Assembly (NCBI GenBank): GCA_964444825.1
Contig: CAYUIS010000004.1
Coordinates: 482-55,140 of the forward strand
Reading direction: 5' to 3'
Source of the DNA: an uncultured Anaerolineales bacterium
GTDB lineage: Bacteria; Chloroflexota; Anaerolineae; B4-G1
Length of the DNA: 54,659 bases
The notes beneath the pieces were generated by a model. That model was not told the origin of the DNA and did no database searches. It saw only the letters and a list, made by a program, of their open reading frames with translations. Position numbers and translations under genes: made by a program. Below, piece by piece: positions 10,890-18,982 of the stretch. Numbering within the stretch: the first letter of the stretch is position 1; each line of letters begins with the position of its first letter.

Positions 10890-13253
10890 TTACCTCCTCT
10901 CAATCACCGCCACCGGATCGAGCCTGGACAGCGTCCACACGACGGTCCCCGCGCCGGCAACGACGACGGCCAGCGGGATGGGCAGCGTGAACATCCAGGG
11001 CACCAGGTTGAACAAGTCCAAGTTCAGCCCTCGCGGCGCGTAGACGAGCGCCTGGAAACCGATCAAGCCAAGAAGACACATCACTGCACCGACCAACCAG
11101 GCCAGGCCAACCACGCTCCCGGTCTCCTTGACGGTACGAAAGACGAGCCACGGCTGGCTGCGCCCGATGGCGTGCAGGACGCCAAACTCTTCCCGGCGCT
11201 GTGCGAAAAAGATATGGTTCAGGGCCGCCAGAGCAATCGCCGCGACCACGGCAATCAGTCCCTCGACCAAGGCACACAGCACGAACAGACTACGCGTAAC
11301 CATCTGGAATTCGCGCTGCTTTGCACTGTAGGTGGTCACATTCGTCTGCGCCGAGGCTACGTTCTCCTCCAGCCAGGTATCTAGCTCAGTTCCGCGCCCT
11401 TCGGCCGGGACGACGAGTAGCCCGGTTCCTCGAAACGCGGTGAGTTCGTGGCTCTCCAGATATTCCAGAGAAGCGAACCCCAACCACACGTCATCGCGAG
11501 AGAGCAAGCCCACGATCATCATTTCGATCGGAATGCCATCCGAGATCAGGGGATTCTCCTCGCCGTTTCTTTCCAGGACAGGTTGGCCGACCGAGTCTCC
11601 CACTCTCAAGCCCCGGTTCATCGCCGCGGCTTGCGATATGACGATCTCGTTTGATCGCGCGCGAGGCATACGTCCTTCCACAAGCTGTTCCCCAAGCGTG
11701 TCCATCAGCACCGGCAGATCGGCCTCAGAGACGCCATAGATATTGACCGAACCTCCTCCTCCGGGCGGCGCGAGGACCTGCAACCACATTGAGATCGTGG
11801 GAATGACGCGCTCGACGACGGTATGCCCCCTGATCTGTGCGGCCACGCCGGGATCAACAAAATCCCCTACAGCGGGTGAAACCCTGCCAAAGTAGCGCAG
11901 ATGTTCATAACCAGGCCTCAGCGCATCCACCGAAGCCGTAAGAATAAAGACGGGAAGGGCAACCCCAAGGATCATCAACGCCATACTCAGGACCAGTATG
12001 ATGCCCCGGCGGCGATGACGCAGATAAAAGGTCAGGGAAGATAGCGGCCTGGTTGATGAGCGCACCGCTTGCTTGTGGTCTTGTGGCTCCACACTGAGCT
12101 TGCCCCGCTCGATGATGGCCACCGCGTCTAATTGGCGGAATATCCGCCGGGTGCTGATGTTCGCAAAGGCGATCACAACCAGGGGAATCGGGAGAACGAA
12201 CCAGATCGGCATCCTATTCCCCAGGTCCAGTTCCATTCCCTTGGCATAGTAAAAACTGGTCTTGAGACCAAACAGAATCAGCAGTGCAAGCCCCAGACCA
12301 GTCCCCCATCCCATCGCGGTCACCACTGCCGTCTCCAGCGTCAGCCGGCCGACGAGGCGATTCTTCTGATACCCCACGGCGTGCAGCAGGCCCATCTGTT
12401 CCACCCGCTGGAGCAGCGCGATCCGGTTGATCACGCCGACGACCAGCGCGACGACGACGGCAACCAGGCAGTTCACGACGCCAAACATGCCATAAAGCAG
12501 TTGGCGGGCCATCTCCACAAACCGGTATTCTTCTCGAAAGGTATTCGTCTCGGTGCGAGCGGATTCGACCTCCGTCTCCAGGAACGCTTCCACCACCTCG
12601 TTGCGCCCCTCCCGCGCGACGACCAGCAAGCCCGGCGCGTTTGACGCGAACAACTCGTGAGTCTTTAGATACTCGTAGGAGGCAAAGCCCACCCGCACAC
12701 TTGGGCCTGGATTGACCGCCGGATCGCCCTCCAGAATCCCGACCAACCTGAGCGAGGCCGGAACAGCTGCATAGTACAGATCGTCGACTGAGCGTTCGAT
12801 CTCGTCGCCAAGGTCCAGTCCCAGCGCGCGGACGACCTCCTCCGAGATCACAATCTCGTTGGTGTGCGGTTCAAGCATCCGCCCTTCTTTCAAGCGCACG
12901 CCGCAGTGAGACATCAAGTACCGGGCATCCTCCTGAGACACCCCCATCAGGCGCAAGGGCTCCGTCCCGATCAACGTCGGCCGCGCGATGGACAGGCCGC
13001 TATCCCGGATCACGCGCGCCACGTCTGGGTGGGTCTCGATCTGCGCCACGATGCCTGGCTCCAGCCCGTCCCCGCTGGTGGGGTAGACCCGACTGACCTT
13101 GGTCAGGTAGATGAACTGAGCACGCATTGGGACCGAGTCCAGTACGGCAACCATCACATAAACCCCTATCGTCGCCAGGCAGACGAGGGCCATCAGAAGC
13201 AACGCGCTCCGCTTGTGGCGGCGATAGTAGGTCATGGGCGACAATGGATTCAC
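10890..13253 (-). CDS. FtsX/MacB-like ABC transporter permease, paralog 2
   Basis: 787 aa; GTG start; same motifs as the other paralogs. Confidence 0.9.
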   Translation of the reverse strand: MNPLSPMTYYRRHKRSALLLMALVCLATIGVYVMVAVLDSVPMRAQFIYLTKVSRVYPTSGDGLEPGIVAQIETHPDVARVIRDSGLSIARPTLIGTEPLRLMGVSQEDARYLMSHCGVRLKEGRMLEPHTNEIVISEEVVRALGLDLGDEIERSVDDLYYAAVPASLRLVGILEGDPAVNPGPSVRVGFASYEYLKTHELFASNAPGLLVVAREGRNEVVEAFLETEVESARTETNTFREEYRFVEMARQLLYGMFGVVNCLVAVVVALVVGVINRIALLQRVEQMGLLHAVGYQKNRLVGRLTLETAVVTAMGWGTGLGLALLILFGLKTSFYYAKGMELDLGNRMPIWFVLPIPLVVIAFANISTRRIFRQLDAVAIIERGKLSVEPQDHKQAVRSSTRPLSSLTFYLRHRRRGIILVLSMALMILGVALPVFILTASVDALRPGYEHLRYFGRVSPAVGDFVDPGVAAQIRGHTVVERVIPTISMWLQVLAPPGGGGSVNIYGVSEADLPVLMDTLGEQLVEGRMPRARSNEIVISQAAAMNRGLRVGDSVGQPVLERNGEENPLISDGIPIEMMIVGLLSRDDVWLGFASLEYLESHELTAFRGTGLLVVPAEGRGTELDTWLEENVASAQTNVTTYSAKQREFQMVTRSLFVLCALVEGLIAVVAAIALAALNHIFFAQRREEFGVLHAIGRSQPWLVFRTVKETGSVVGLAWLVGAVMCLLGLIGFQALVYAPRGLNLDLFNLVPWMFTLPIPLAVVVAGAGTVVWTLSRLDPVAVIERR

Positions 13254-13257
13254 CTTT

Positions 13258-15684
13258 TCATCTCCTCTCGATGATAGTTACCGGATCCAGTTTCGACAGT
13301 GTCCGGGCGATCGTGCCGGTACCAGCAATGACGACGGCTATCGGAACCGGAAACGTCAACACCCACGGTGTGAGGTTGAAAAAGTTCAGGCTCAATCCCT
13401 TGGGCGCAAAGACGAGGACCTGGAAGCAGATCAGACCAATACAGCAGATCACGGCGCCCGCCAGCCAGGCTATGGTAATCACGCTGCCTGTTTCCTTCAT
13501 CGTGCGCAGGACGAGCCACAAGCGGCTGCGTCCCACGGCGTGCAGGATACCGAATTCCTCCTGCCGCTGCGTAAAGAAAATATAGTTCAAGGTAGCCATC
13601 GCAATTGCCGCGACGATGGCCGTGACGCACCCAACCACGGCAAAGTTCAGGATCAGAACTTGCGCGATCTGTCGATGCTCGCGGTACTCGACGTCATAGG
13701 TCGTCACGCCTGTTTGGGCAGATGCCACGATTCCCTCCAGCCAGGCGTCGAGTTCATCCTTGCGTCCATCAGCCGGGACGACGAGCTGGTGCACTAGCCG
13801 GGATGAAGTAAGCTCGTGGCCCTCCAGGTACTCGAAAGACGCAAGTCCCAACCACATCGCGCCAGAGGAGAGAGTCTGTCCCGAACGCGAAAGTTCCGCT
13901 CGTGGCTGAAGGGACCTGTCCTGAGCTTGTCGAAGGATGCCGACCACCACCATCTCGACCGGGATATCGTCCATGTCCAGTAACTCGAACTCTCCCCTTT
14001 CATAGGCCGGCACACCGATCCTGTCGCCGACGCGCAACCCGCGATTCAGCGCCACCGGTTCTGACAGGACGATCTCGTTGGAGCGAGGACGGGGCAGACG
14101 GCCTTCCTTGACGTCCATCCCAAACAGATCCACCAGAATTGGTAGATCCCCTTCAAGGGCACCATAGATGCTGGTTCTCATTAGGCTGCTCGGTGGTACG
14201 TCGACTTGCAGCCCCAGGGACATCACGGGAATCACGCGCTCGACGGCCTGGTGGCTTCTGATCTGCCCTATCACGCTGGCGTCGACGGTGCGCCCGTTGC
14301 TCGGCGCGACCTTGCTCACATAGCGCAGGTATTCCAGGTCGGGCATCATCGCGTCGGTCACCGCTGAAAAGAGGAACACGGGGAGGGCAACCCCCACGAT
14401 CACCAGTGCCGCGCTCACCACCAGCACGATTCCCCGGCGGCGATGGCGCAGGTAAAAGGTCCAGGAAGATAACGGCCTACCCGACGATTGCTTTGCTCCT
14501 CGCCTATGGCTTCCCTCTTCCGTGCTGAGTTTCCCCCGCTCCACGATCGCCACAGCATCAAACCGGGCAAACAGACGCCGCAGGCTAAGAACCGCCAGAG
14601 CGACCACTATCAACGGAATAGGAATGACAAACCAGAGTGGCACCGGGTTCGCCAGATCAAGCGCCATGCCCCTGGCATAGTAGAGATTTGCCTTCATCCA
14701 GGAGAGGATCAGCAACGCAAGTATCAGGCCCGCGATCCACCCCAGGCCCGCCACGCCAGCCGTCTCCAACGTCAGACGGCGGATCAGCCTATTTCTATGG
14801 TGGCCCAGAGCGTTCAGCAGGCCAAGCTCTGAGACCCGCCGCATCAGGGCAATCTGATTGATCACTCCGACGACCACCGCGACCGCGACCGCCACCAGGC
14901 AGTTCACGATGCCAAAGGTGAGATAGAGGAACCGGCGAGCCTGCGCGGCTATCTCGACGACATCCCTGTAGGTCTCTACCGCCGTGCGTGCAGAAGCGAT
15001 CGTTGTTTCCAGGAATTCGTCCACCGCTTCCTTGCGGCCCTGTCGCGCGACGACGAGCGCACTGTCTATCCGAGGCGCATACAACTCGTGCCCCTCCAGG
15101 TACTCGTATGAGACAAACCCCACGCGAACGCCTGGCTCTTCACCCATCTCAAGGTCAGCCTCCAGGATGCCCACCAATACCAGCGGCTCTAGAACACCCT
15201 CGTAGTAACTATCATTGACCGAGCGACCAATCCGGTCATCGATCTCCAGTCCCAGCGCGCGGGCGGTCTCTTCCGAAAGTATAAACTCGTTCGTGCGCGG
15301 TTCGAGCAAGCGCCCCTCTTTCAGGCGCACACCACAGCGCGCCATCAGATACTCTACGTCGCCTTGAGAAGCGCCTATCAGGTGCAAGGCTTCGATGCCA
15401 CCGAGCGTCGGCACAGCAATCAGCATGCCATTGTCTGATATCACACGCGCCACGTCTGGATGCGCCTGTATCTGCGATACGACGCCTGGCTCAAGCGCGT
15501 GGCCGGTGTCAGGGCGAACCCGGCTGAGCCGGCTCAGGTAGCTAAAGTCAAGCTGCATCGTGAGAGAGTCTAGTACGCCGACGATGGCATAGAGGACCAT
15601 TGTCGCCAGCATAACAAGAGCTATTAACAGCACCGCACTCCGCTTGTGGCGGCGGTAGTAGGTTAACGGTGATAGCGGGTTCAT
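13258..15684 (-). CDS. FtsX/MacB-like ABC transporter permease, paralog 1
   Basis: 808 aa; RBS AGGAGGT; same motifs; carries a ~21-aa insertion that looks repeat-derived. Confidence 0.9.
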   Translation of the reverse strand: MNPLSPLTYYRRHKRSAVLLIALVMLATMVLYAIVGVLDSLTMQLDFSYLSRLSRVRPDTGHALEPGVVSQIQAHPDVARVISDNGMLIAVPTLGGIEALHLIGASQGDVEYLMARCGVRLKEGRLLEPRTNEFILSEETARALGLEIDDRIGRSVNDSYYEGVLEPLVLVGILEADLEMGEEPGVRVGFVSYEYLEGHELYAPRIDSALVVARQGRKEAVDEFLETTIASARTAVETYRDVVEIAAQARRFLYLTFGIVNCLVAVAVAVVVGVINQIALMRRVSELGLLNALGHHRNRLIRRLTLETAGVAGLGWIAGLILALLILSWMKANLYYARGMALDLANPVPLWFVIPIPLIVVALAVLSLRRLFARFDAVAIVERGKLSTEEGSHRRGAKQSSGRPLSSWTFYLRHRRRGIVLVVSAALVIVGVALPVFLFSAVTDAMMPDLEYLRYVSKVAPSNGRTVDASVIGQIRSHQAVERVIPVMSLGLQVDVPPSSLMRTSIYGALEGDLPILVDLFGMDVKEGRLPRPRSNEIVLSEPVALNRGLRVGDRIGVPAYERGEFELLDMDDIPVEMVVVGILRQAQDRSLQPRAELSRSGQTLSSGAMWLGLASFEYLEGHELTSSRLVHQLVVPADGRKDELDAWLEGIVASAQTGVTTYDVEYREHRQIAQVLILNFAVVGCVTAIVAAIAMATLNYIFFTQRQEEFGILHAVGRSRLWLVLRTMKETGSVITIAWLAGAVICCIGLICFQVLVFAPKGLSLNFFNLTPWVLTFPVPIAVVIAGTGTIARTLSKLDPVTIIERR
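13915..13936. repeat. Short palindromic repeat (CCTGTCCTGAGCTTGTCGAAGG) inside a permease CDS
   Basis: Resembles the CCTGAGCnnGTCGAAGG ('LRQAQ/FDKL') type of interspersed repeat and lies in a segment absent from the closest paralogs. Confidence 0.55.
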
Positions 15685-15781
15685 CGGAACCTCCTAACCC
15701 GGGTCAACCGGAATCCCAAGCCTGCGGCCCTGCTCCTGAAATCCCCGCACGAGGGGCAAGGATCGCAGGGGGTAGGCACGG

Positions 15782-16471
15782 TCATGTCGAGTTGGTGGCC
15801 ACGCGCGCCAGCCGATCCTCGACCTTGATGACCTGTCCATCGCGCATCCTGACGACCAAGTCGGCCTCGGTCAGAATCTCTGGGTTGTGCGTCACGGCGA
15901 TCAGGCTGCCCTGGTCGCGGTAGCTGCGCAGGAGGGCCATCACCTGCAAGCCGGTGCGCCGGTCCAGCAACCCCGTCGGCTCGTCGGCAAAGATGATGCG
16001 CGGGCGGTGGATCATGGCGCGCGCGATGGCCACCCGCTGCCGCTCACCGCCGGAAAGCTCGTAGGGGAAGCGGTGCAGCTTGTCGCCCATTCCCAGATCG
16101 GCCAGCAATGCCTTGGCCTGCTCGGCGTGGGCCGTATCCTGCACCGGTGCGGAGACCATCACGTTCTCCAACGCGGTCAGGTAGTTGATCAGAAAGTGCT
16201 GTTGGAAGACAAAGCCGTACTCGCTACGTCGCAAAGCCACCCGCTCCCGGTCAGACATCTTGCCGTAGGCCCGGCCGTCGAGGTAAACCTCGCCTTCCGT
16301 CACCTTGCGCAGCCCGCTCAGGAGATATAGCAGCGAGCTCTTGCCGGAGCCCGAGGGCCCCAGGATGCCGATAAACTGGTGATCCTCGACAGAGATCGAG
16401 ACGTCGTCCACGGCGTCTATCGTTCTATCACCATCTTGGTACGTTAACGTGAGATTCTCTCCCTGTAACAT
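15782..16471 (-). CDS. ABC transporter ATP-binding protein (LolD/MacB-NBD type)
   Basis: Walker A GPSGSGKS, signature LSGGERQR, Walker [11 protein letters not shown]-loop VTHN. Start set at ATG 16471 after RBS AAGGAGG. Confidence 0.95.
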   Translation of the reverse strand: MLQGENLTLTYQDGDRTIDAVDDVSISVEDHQFIGILGPSGSGKSSLLYLLSGLRKVTEGEVYLDGRAYGKMSDRERVALRRSEYGFVFQQHFLINYLTALENVMVSAPVQDTAHAEQAKALLADLGMGDKLHRFPYELSGGERQRVAIARAMIHRPRIIFADEPTGLLDRRTGLQVMALLRSYRDQGSLIAVTHNPEILTEADLVVRMRDGQVIKVEDRLARVATNST

Positions 16472-16486
16472 GAATTCCTCCTTAAT

Positions 16487-16545
16487 TGTGGGGTAGGTTT
16501 CCAGCCTACCGCTACCTGTTGGCGGCTGTGGAAAGCCGCCCTGCA
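16487..16545. repeat. Pair of inverted REP-like hairpin units
   Basis: TGTGGGGTAGGTTTCCAGCCTACC (16487-16510, +) and TGCAGGGCGGCTTTCCACAGCCGCC (16545-16521, -). Each is a hairpin around a TTTCC/GGAAA core, and they face each other. Confidence 0.6.
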
Positions 16546-16547
16546 TT

Positions 16548-16724
16548 CTATCTCCTCTCGATTGTGGACACGGGATCGAGCTTGGACAATGTCTCGTTGA
16601 ATATCGCCCAGGTCAATGCACCCATCAGGTAGAGTCCAGCCGTCACCAGGCTGATCAAACTCAGCATCAGAACGGCCTGTCGTTTGTGACGACGGCAGAA
16701 TGTCCAGAGCGATAAGGGGTTCAT
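16548..16724 (-). pseudogene. 58-aa mini-permease: N-terminal helix fused in frame to the C-terminal tail of a permease paralog (deletion remnant or small protein)
   Basis: MNPLSLWTFCRRHKRQAVLM...AIFNE-TLSKLDPVSTIERR. Both ends match the six paralogs, and it has its own RBS (CAGGAG). Confidence 0.75.
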
Positions 16725-16781
16725 ACGATCAACTCCTGCATCTTGCGGCTCACACGACCTTTCTGCACTATGCTCTCCAAT

Positions 16782-16885
16782 TCTCCCGTTTTGCTCCCAT
16801 AATACTCGATTCAGGTCGGATTTTCCATAGGCGCACGTCATGTCGCGCTTGTTACCGCAGTCACTTTGACATATGACACTGTCAT
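16782..16885 (-). promoter_or_regulatory. Promoter/operator element, copy 2 (upstream of the mini-gene/ATPase/permease operon)
   Basis: -10-like TATTAT at 16804-16799; perfect inverted repeat ATGACA-C-TGTCAT at 16873-16885; homologous to 1201-1304. Confidence 0.7.
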
Positions 16886-16907
16886 GGTGCCGCGTTACTA
16901 GGGCATA

Positions 16908-16936
16908 TTGACTTTTGACCAGCCTCTGGGTACAAT
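16908..16936 (+). promoter_or_regulatory. Sigma70-type promoter of the response regulator/kinase operon
   Basis: TTGACT-N17-TACAAT, about 40 bp upstream of the GTG start. Confidence 0.75.
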
Positions 16937-16975
16937 AAATCTGCCGAGTGGGTTTGTTCACGAAAGGAACAGCGG

Positions 16976-17602
16976 GTGATCCGTGTTGTTGTTGTAGACG
17001 ACCATCCCCACGTTGCCATCGCTTTGCGGGCGCTCTTGGAAAAGACGCCCGATATTCAGTTGGTGGCCGAATCACAGCGCGGTGGCGACGTGGTCGGGCT
17101 GGTGCGCCGGACGCGCCCGGACGTGTTGTTGCTCGACATGTTCATCGAGCCAGGCTTTGATGCACTTTCGGCGGTGCGTTCCCTGCGGGCCGATTTCCCC
17201 GACCTCAAGATCTGTCTGCTCAGCGCCTATCTCGAGCCCGCGTGGGTGCGCGACCTATTACAGGCTGGCGTCTATGGCTACATTCTCAAGGACGACGACT
17301 ATGTCTCGCGCATCGACACCATCATCCGCGACCTGGCCGACGGACGGATGTACCTTAGTCCGCAGGCATACGAGGCTCTGGCCCAGGCCACGCGCACCCA
17401 GAGTCCAGAGTCCACGCTGACGGAACGAGAGATCGAGATCCTGCGCCTGGCGAAGCGTGGTTTGCCCAATCCACAGATTGCACAGTCCCTGCACCTCTCG
17501 CCCGGCACCGTGCGCAATCACCTCAGCGCCGTTTATCGCAAGTTGGGCGTTCACAGCCGCCACGAGGCGCTCCAGGTGGCTGAGGAGCGCCATTTGATCT
17601 GA
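16976..17602 (+). CDS. NarL/LuxR-family response regulator
   Basis: Receiver domain (VVDDH, LLD, GYILK) plus LuxR HTH (LTEREIEIL...GTVRNHLSAVYRKLGV). Confidence 0.95.
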   Translation: MIRVVVVDDHPHVAIALRALLEKTPDIQLVAESQRGGDVVGLVRRTRPDVLLLDMFIEPGFDALSAVRSLRADFPDLKICLLSAYLEPAWVRDLLQAGVYGYILKDDDYVSRIDTIIRDLADGRMYLSPQAYEALAQATRTQSPESTLTEREIEILRLAKRGLPNPQIAQSLHLSPGTVRNHLSAVYRKLGVHSRHEALQVAEERHLI

Positions 17603-17608
17603 GACCGA

Positions 17609-17641
17609 AGAAACCAGGTTTTTGCCAAAAGCCTGGTTTCT
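17609..17641. repeat. AGAAACCAGGTTTT...AAAACCTGGTTTCT palindromic repeat, copy 1
   Basis: Short-loop hairpin of a family that occurs at six sites in the window. Confidence 0.85.
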
Positions 17642-17657
17642 GTATGCAGAAACAACG

Positions 17658-18893
17658 ATGGGAGAAAACACTGGCCTCTTGCTGATCGGCCTGGCCCTGG
17701 GGTGGCTCACCCTGGTGGCCGGGCTGTCGCTGTACCGGGGATGGCGCGGGTGGTGGCGCAACCGGCGCTATGGACCGTCCGTCGATCACAGCGTCCTGTT
17801 GGTTGAGTATGGGCGCAAGATGACGAGCGCACCCGACCGCCAGGCTCTGGCCCAACTGCTGACCGCCGAACTCCCAAACGCACTGCAGGTGGCGCGCGCG
17901 GCGCTGTTGTTGCCGGAGGTTTACCAGCTCGTCGACGTCGAGACAGGTGACCTACGCCTGCCCGTCAGTCACGCCGCCGTCCGTTGGGTGGCATCAGGGG
18001 GGGAGGCGCAACGAACGAACCGAGGCCGGTTGCACGAACTGCTCCAGCAGGGACCTGCCGACCTGGCGTGGACGCAGGTCTGGGTGCCCCTGATGCGTGG
18101 AACCGAGCTGCGCGGCATGTGGCTGCTGGGTGCACGGGATGGCAAGCTCCAATACGCGCCTGAAGATCTAGGCTGCCTGACGGCCGTGGGTCGCCAGGCA
18201 GCCGTCATGTTGGAAGCGACCAACTATGCCGAACAGGAACGGCAGACCGCCTCAGAGATGCGGGTGCTCTATCGTCAGTTGGTGGCAGCGCGAGAGATGG
18301 AGCGCGGGCAGTTGGCGCGGGAACTGCACGACGGTGTGCTCCAGGATCTGTGCGCCGTGACCCGCGACCTGAAGGCGCTAGAGGCGCAAGTGGATGCCGA
18401 CGGCTCGCTCTACGCGGATCTGGCGGACCGCTCTGGCGAGACGGTGCAGTCGGTGCGCGCGATCTGCAACGACCTGCGCCCGCCGCTTCTACAGCACGAC
18501 CTGATCACCGCGCTCAAGACGCTGGTAGAGGAACTGGACCGGCGCTCTCCCGCGCCCGTTCACATCGAGATCGCGACCCAGACAGACAGCCTGCACCTAC
18601 CCGACGACGTGGCGCTGGCTATCTTTCGCATCACCCAGGAAGCGCTGCACAACGCTATTCAGCACGCCGACGCCTCCGAGATCGCCGCGAGGCTGACCCA
18701 GTACCCTGATCGGTTGCGCCTGACGATCACCGACGACGGGCGCGGCATCAAGGGTGGCGTGGAACCGGCCCGCTTTGTGGCCCAGGGGCACCTGGGGCTG
18801 GCGGGGATGCGGGAACGGGCGGCGATGATCGGGGCCAAGCTGGATGTTCAGACAGCCGTCGACTATGGCACGGTGGTGATCCTCGAACTATAG
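17658..18893 (+). CDS. Sensor histidine kinase (1 TM, GAF-like domain, HisKA_3, HATPase)
   Basis: ARELHDGVLQ H-box, QEALHNAIQHA N-box, DDGRG, GLAGMRERA. ATG 17658 is preferred because the longer start lies inside the repeat. Confidence 0.9.
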   Translation: MGENTGLLLIGLALGWLTLVAGLSLYRGWRGWWRNRRYGPSVDHSVLLVEYGRKMTSAPDRQALAQLLTAELPNALQVARAALLLPEVYQLVDVETGDLRLPVSHAAVRWVASGGEAQRTNRGRLHELLQQGPADLAWTQVWVPLMRGTELRGMWLLGARDGKLQYAPEDLGCLTAVGRQAAVMLEATNYAEQERQTASEMRVLYRQLVAAREMERGQLARELHDGVLQDLCAVTRDLKALEAQVDADGSLYADLADRSGETVQSVRAICNDLRPPLLQHDLITALKTLVEELDRRSPAPVHIEIATQTDSLHLPDDVALAIFRITQEALHNAIQHADASEIAARLTQYPDRLRLTITDDGRGIKGGVEPARFVAQGHLGLAGMRERAAMIGAKLDVQTAVDYGTVVILEL

Positions 18894-18911
18894 GCCCGGA
18901 CGACAAGACTG

Positions 18912-18944
18912 GCTGGGCCGTGATGGAGACCACCACGGCCCAGC
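18912..18944. terminator. GC-rich hairpin between convergent genes (probable terminator)
   Basis: GCTGGGCCGTG...CACGGCCCAGC forms a perfect 11-bp stem; there is no long U tract. Confidence 0.5.
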
Positions 18945-18982
18945 AGATTCATAGGCAGGCTATTTGAACCAGTATCTCTTGC

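Noticed and set aside
1312-15684. Permease array as a shufflon, DGR target or assembly duplication
   Set aside because: All genes are full-length, co-oriented and substantially diverged; I saw no recombinase, reverse transcriptase or long identical repeats.
15685-15781. Imperfect stem-loops in spacers (15721-15769; also 25377-25417 and 49800-49820)
   Set aside because: Single-copy here, with no U tract or recognisable RNA family; no function can be assigned.
16725-17075. 117-aa N-terminal extension of the mini-permease ORF (16548-17075 in the track)
   Set aside because: It runs through the promoter region and overlaps the divergent regulator; homology and the RBS begin at the ATG at 16724.
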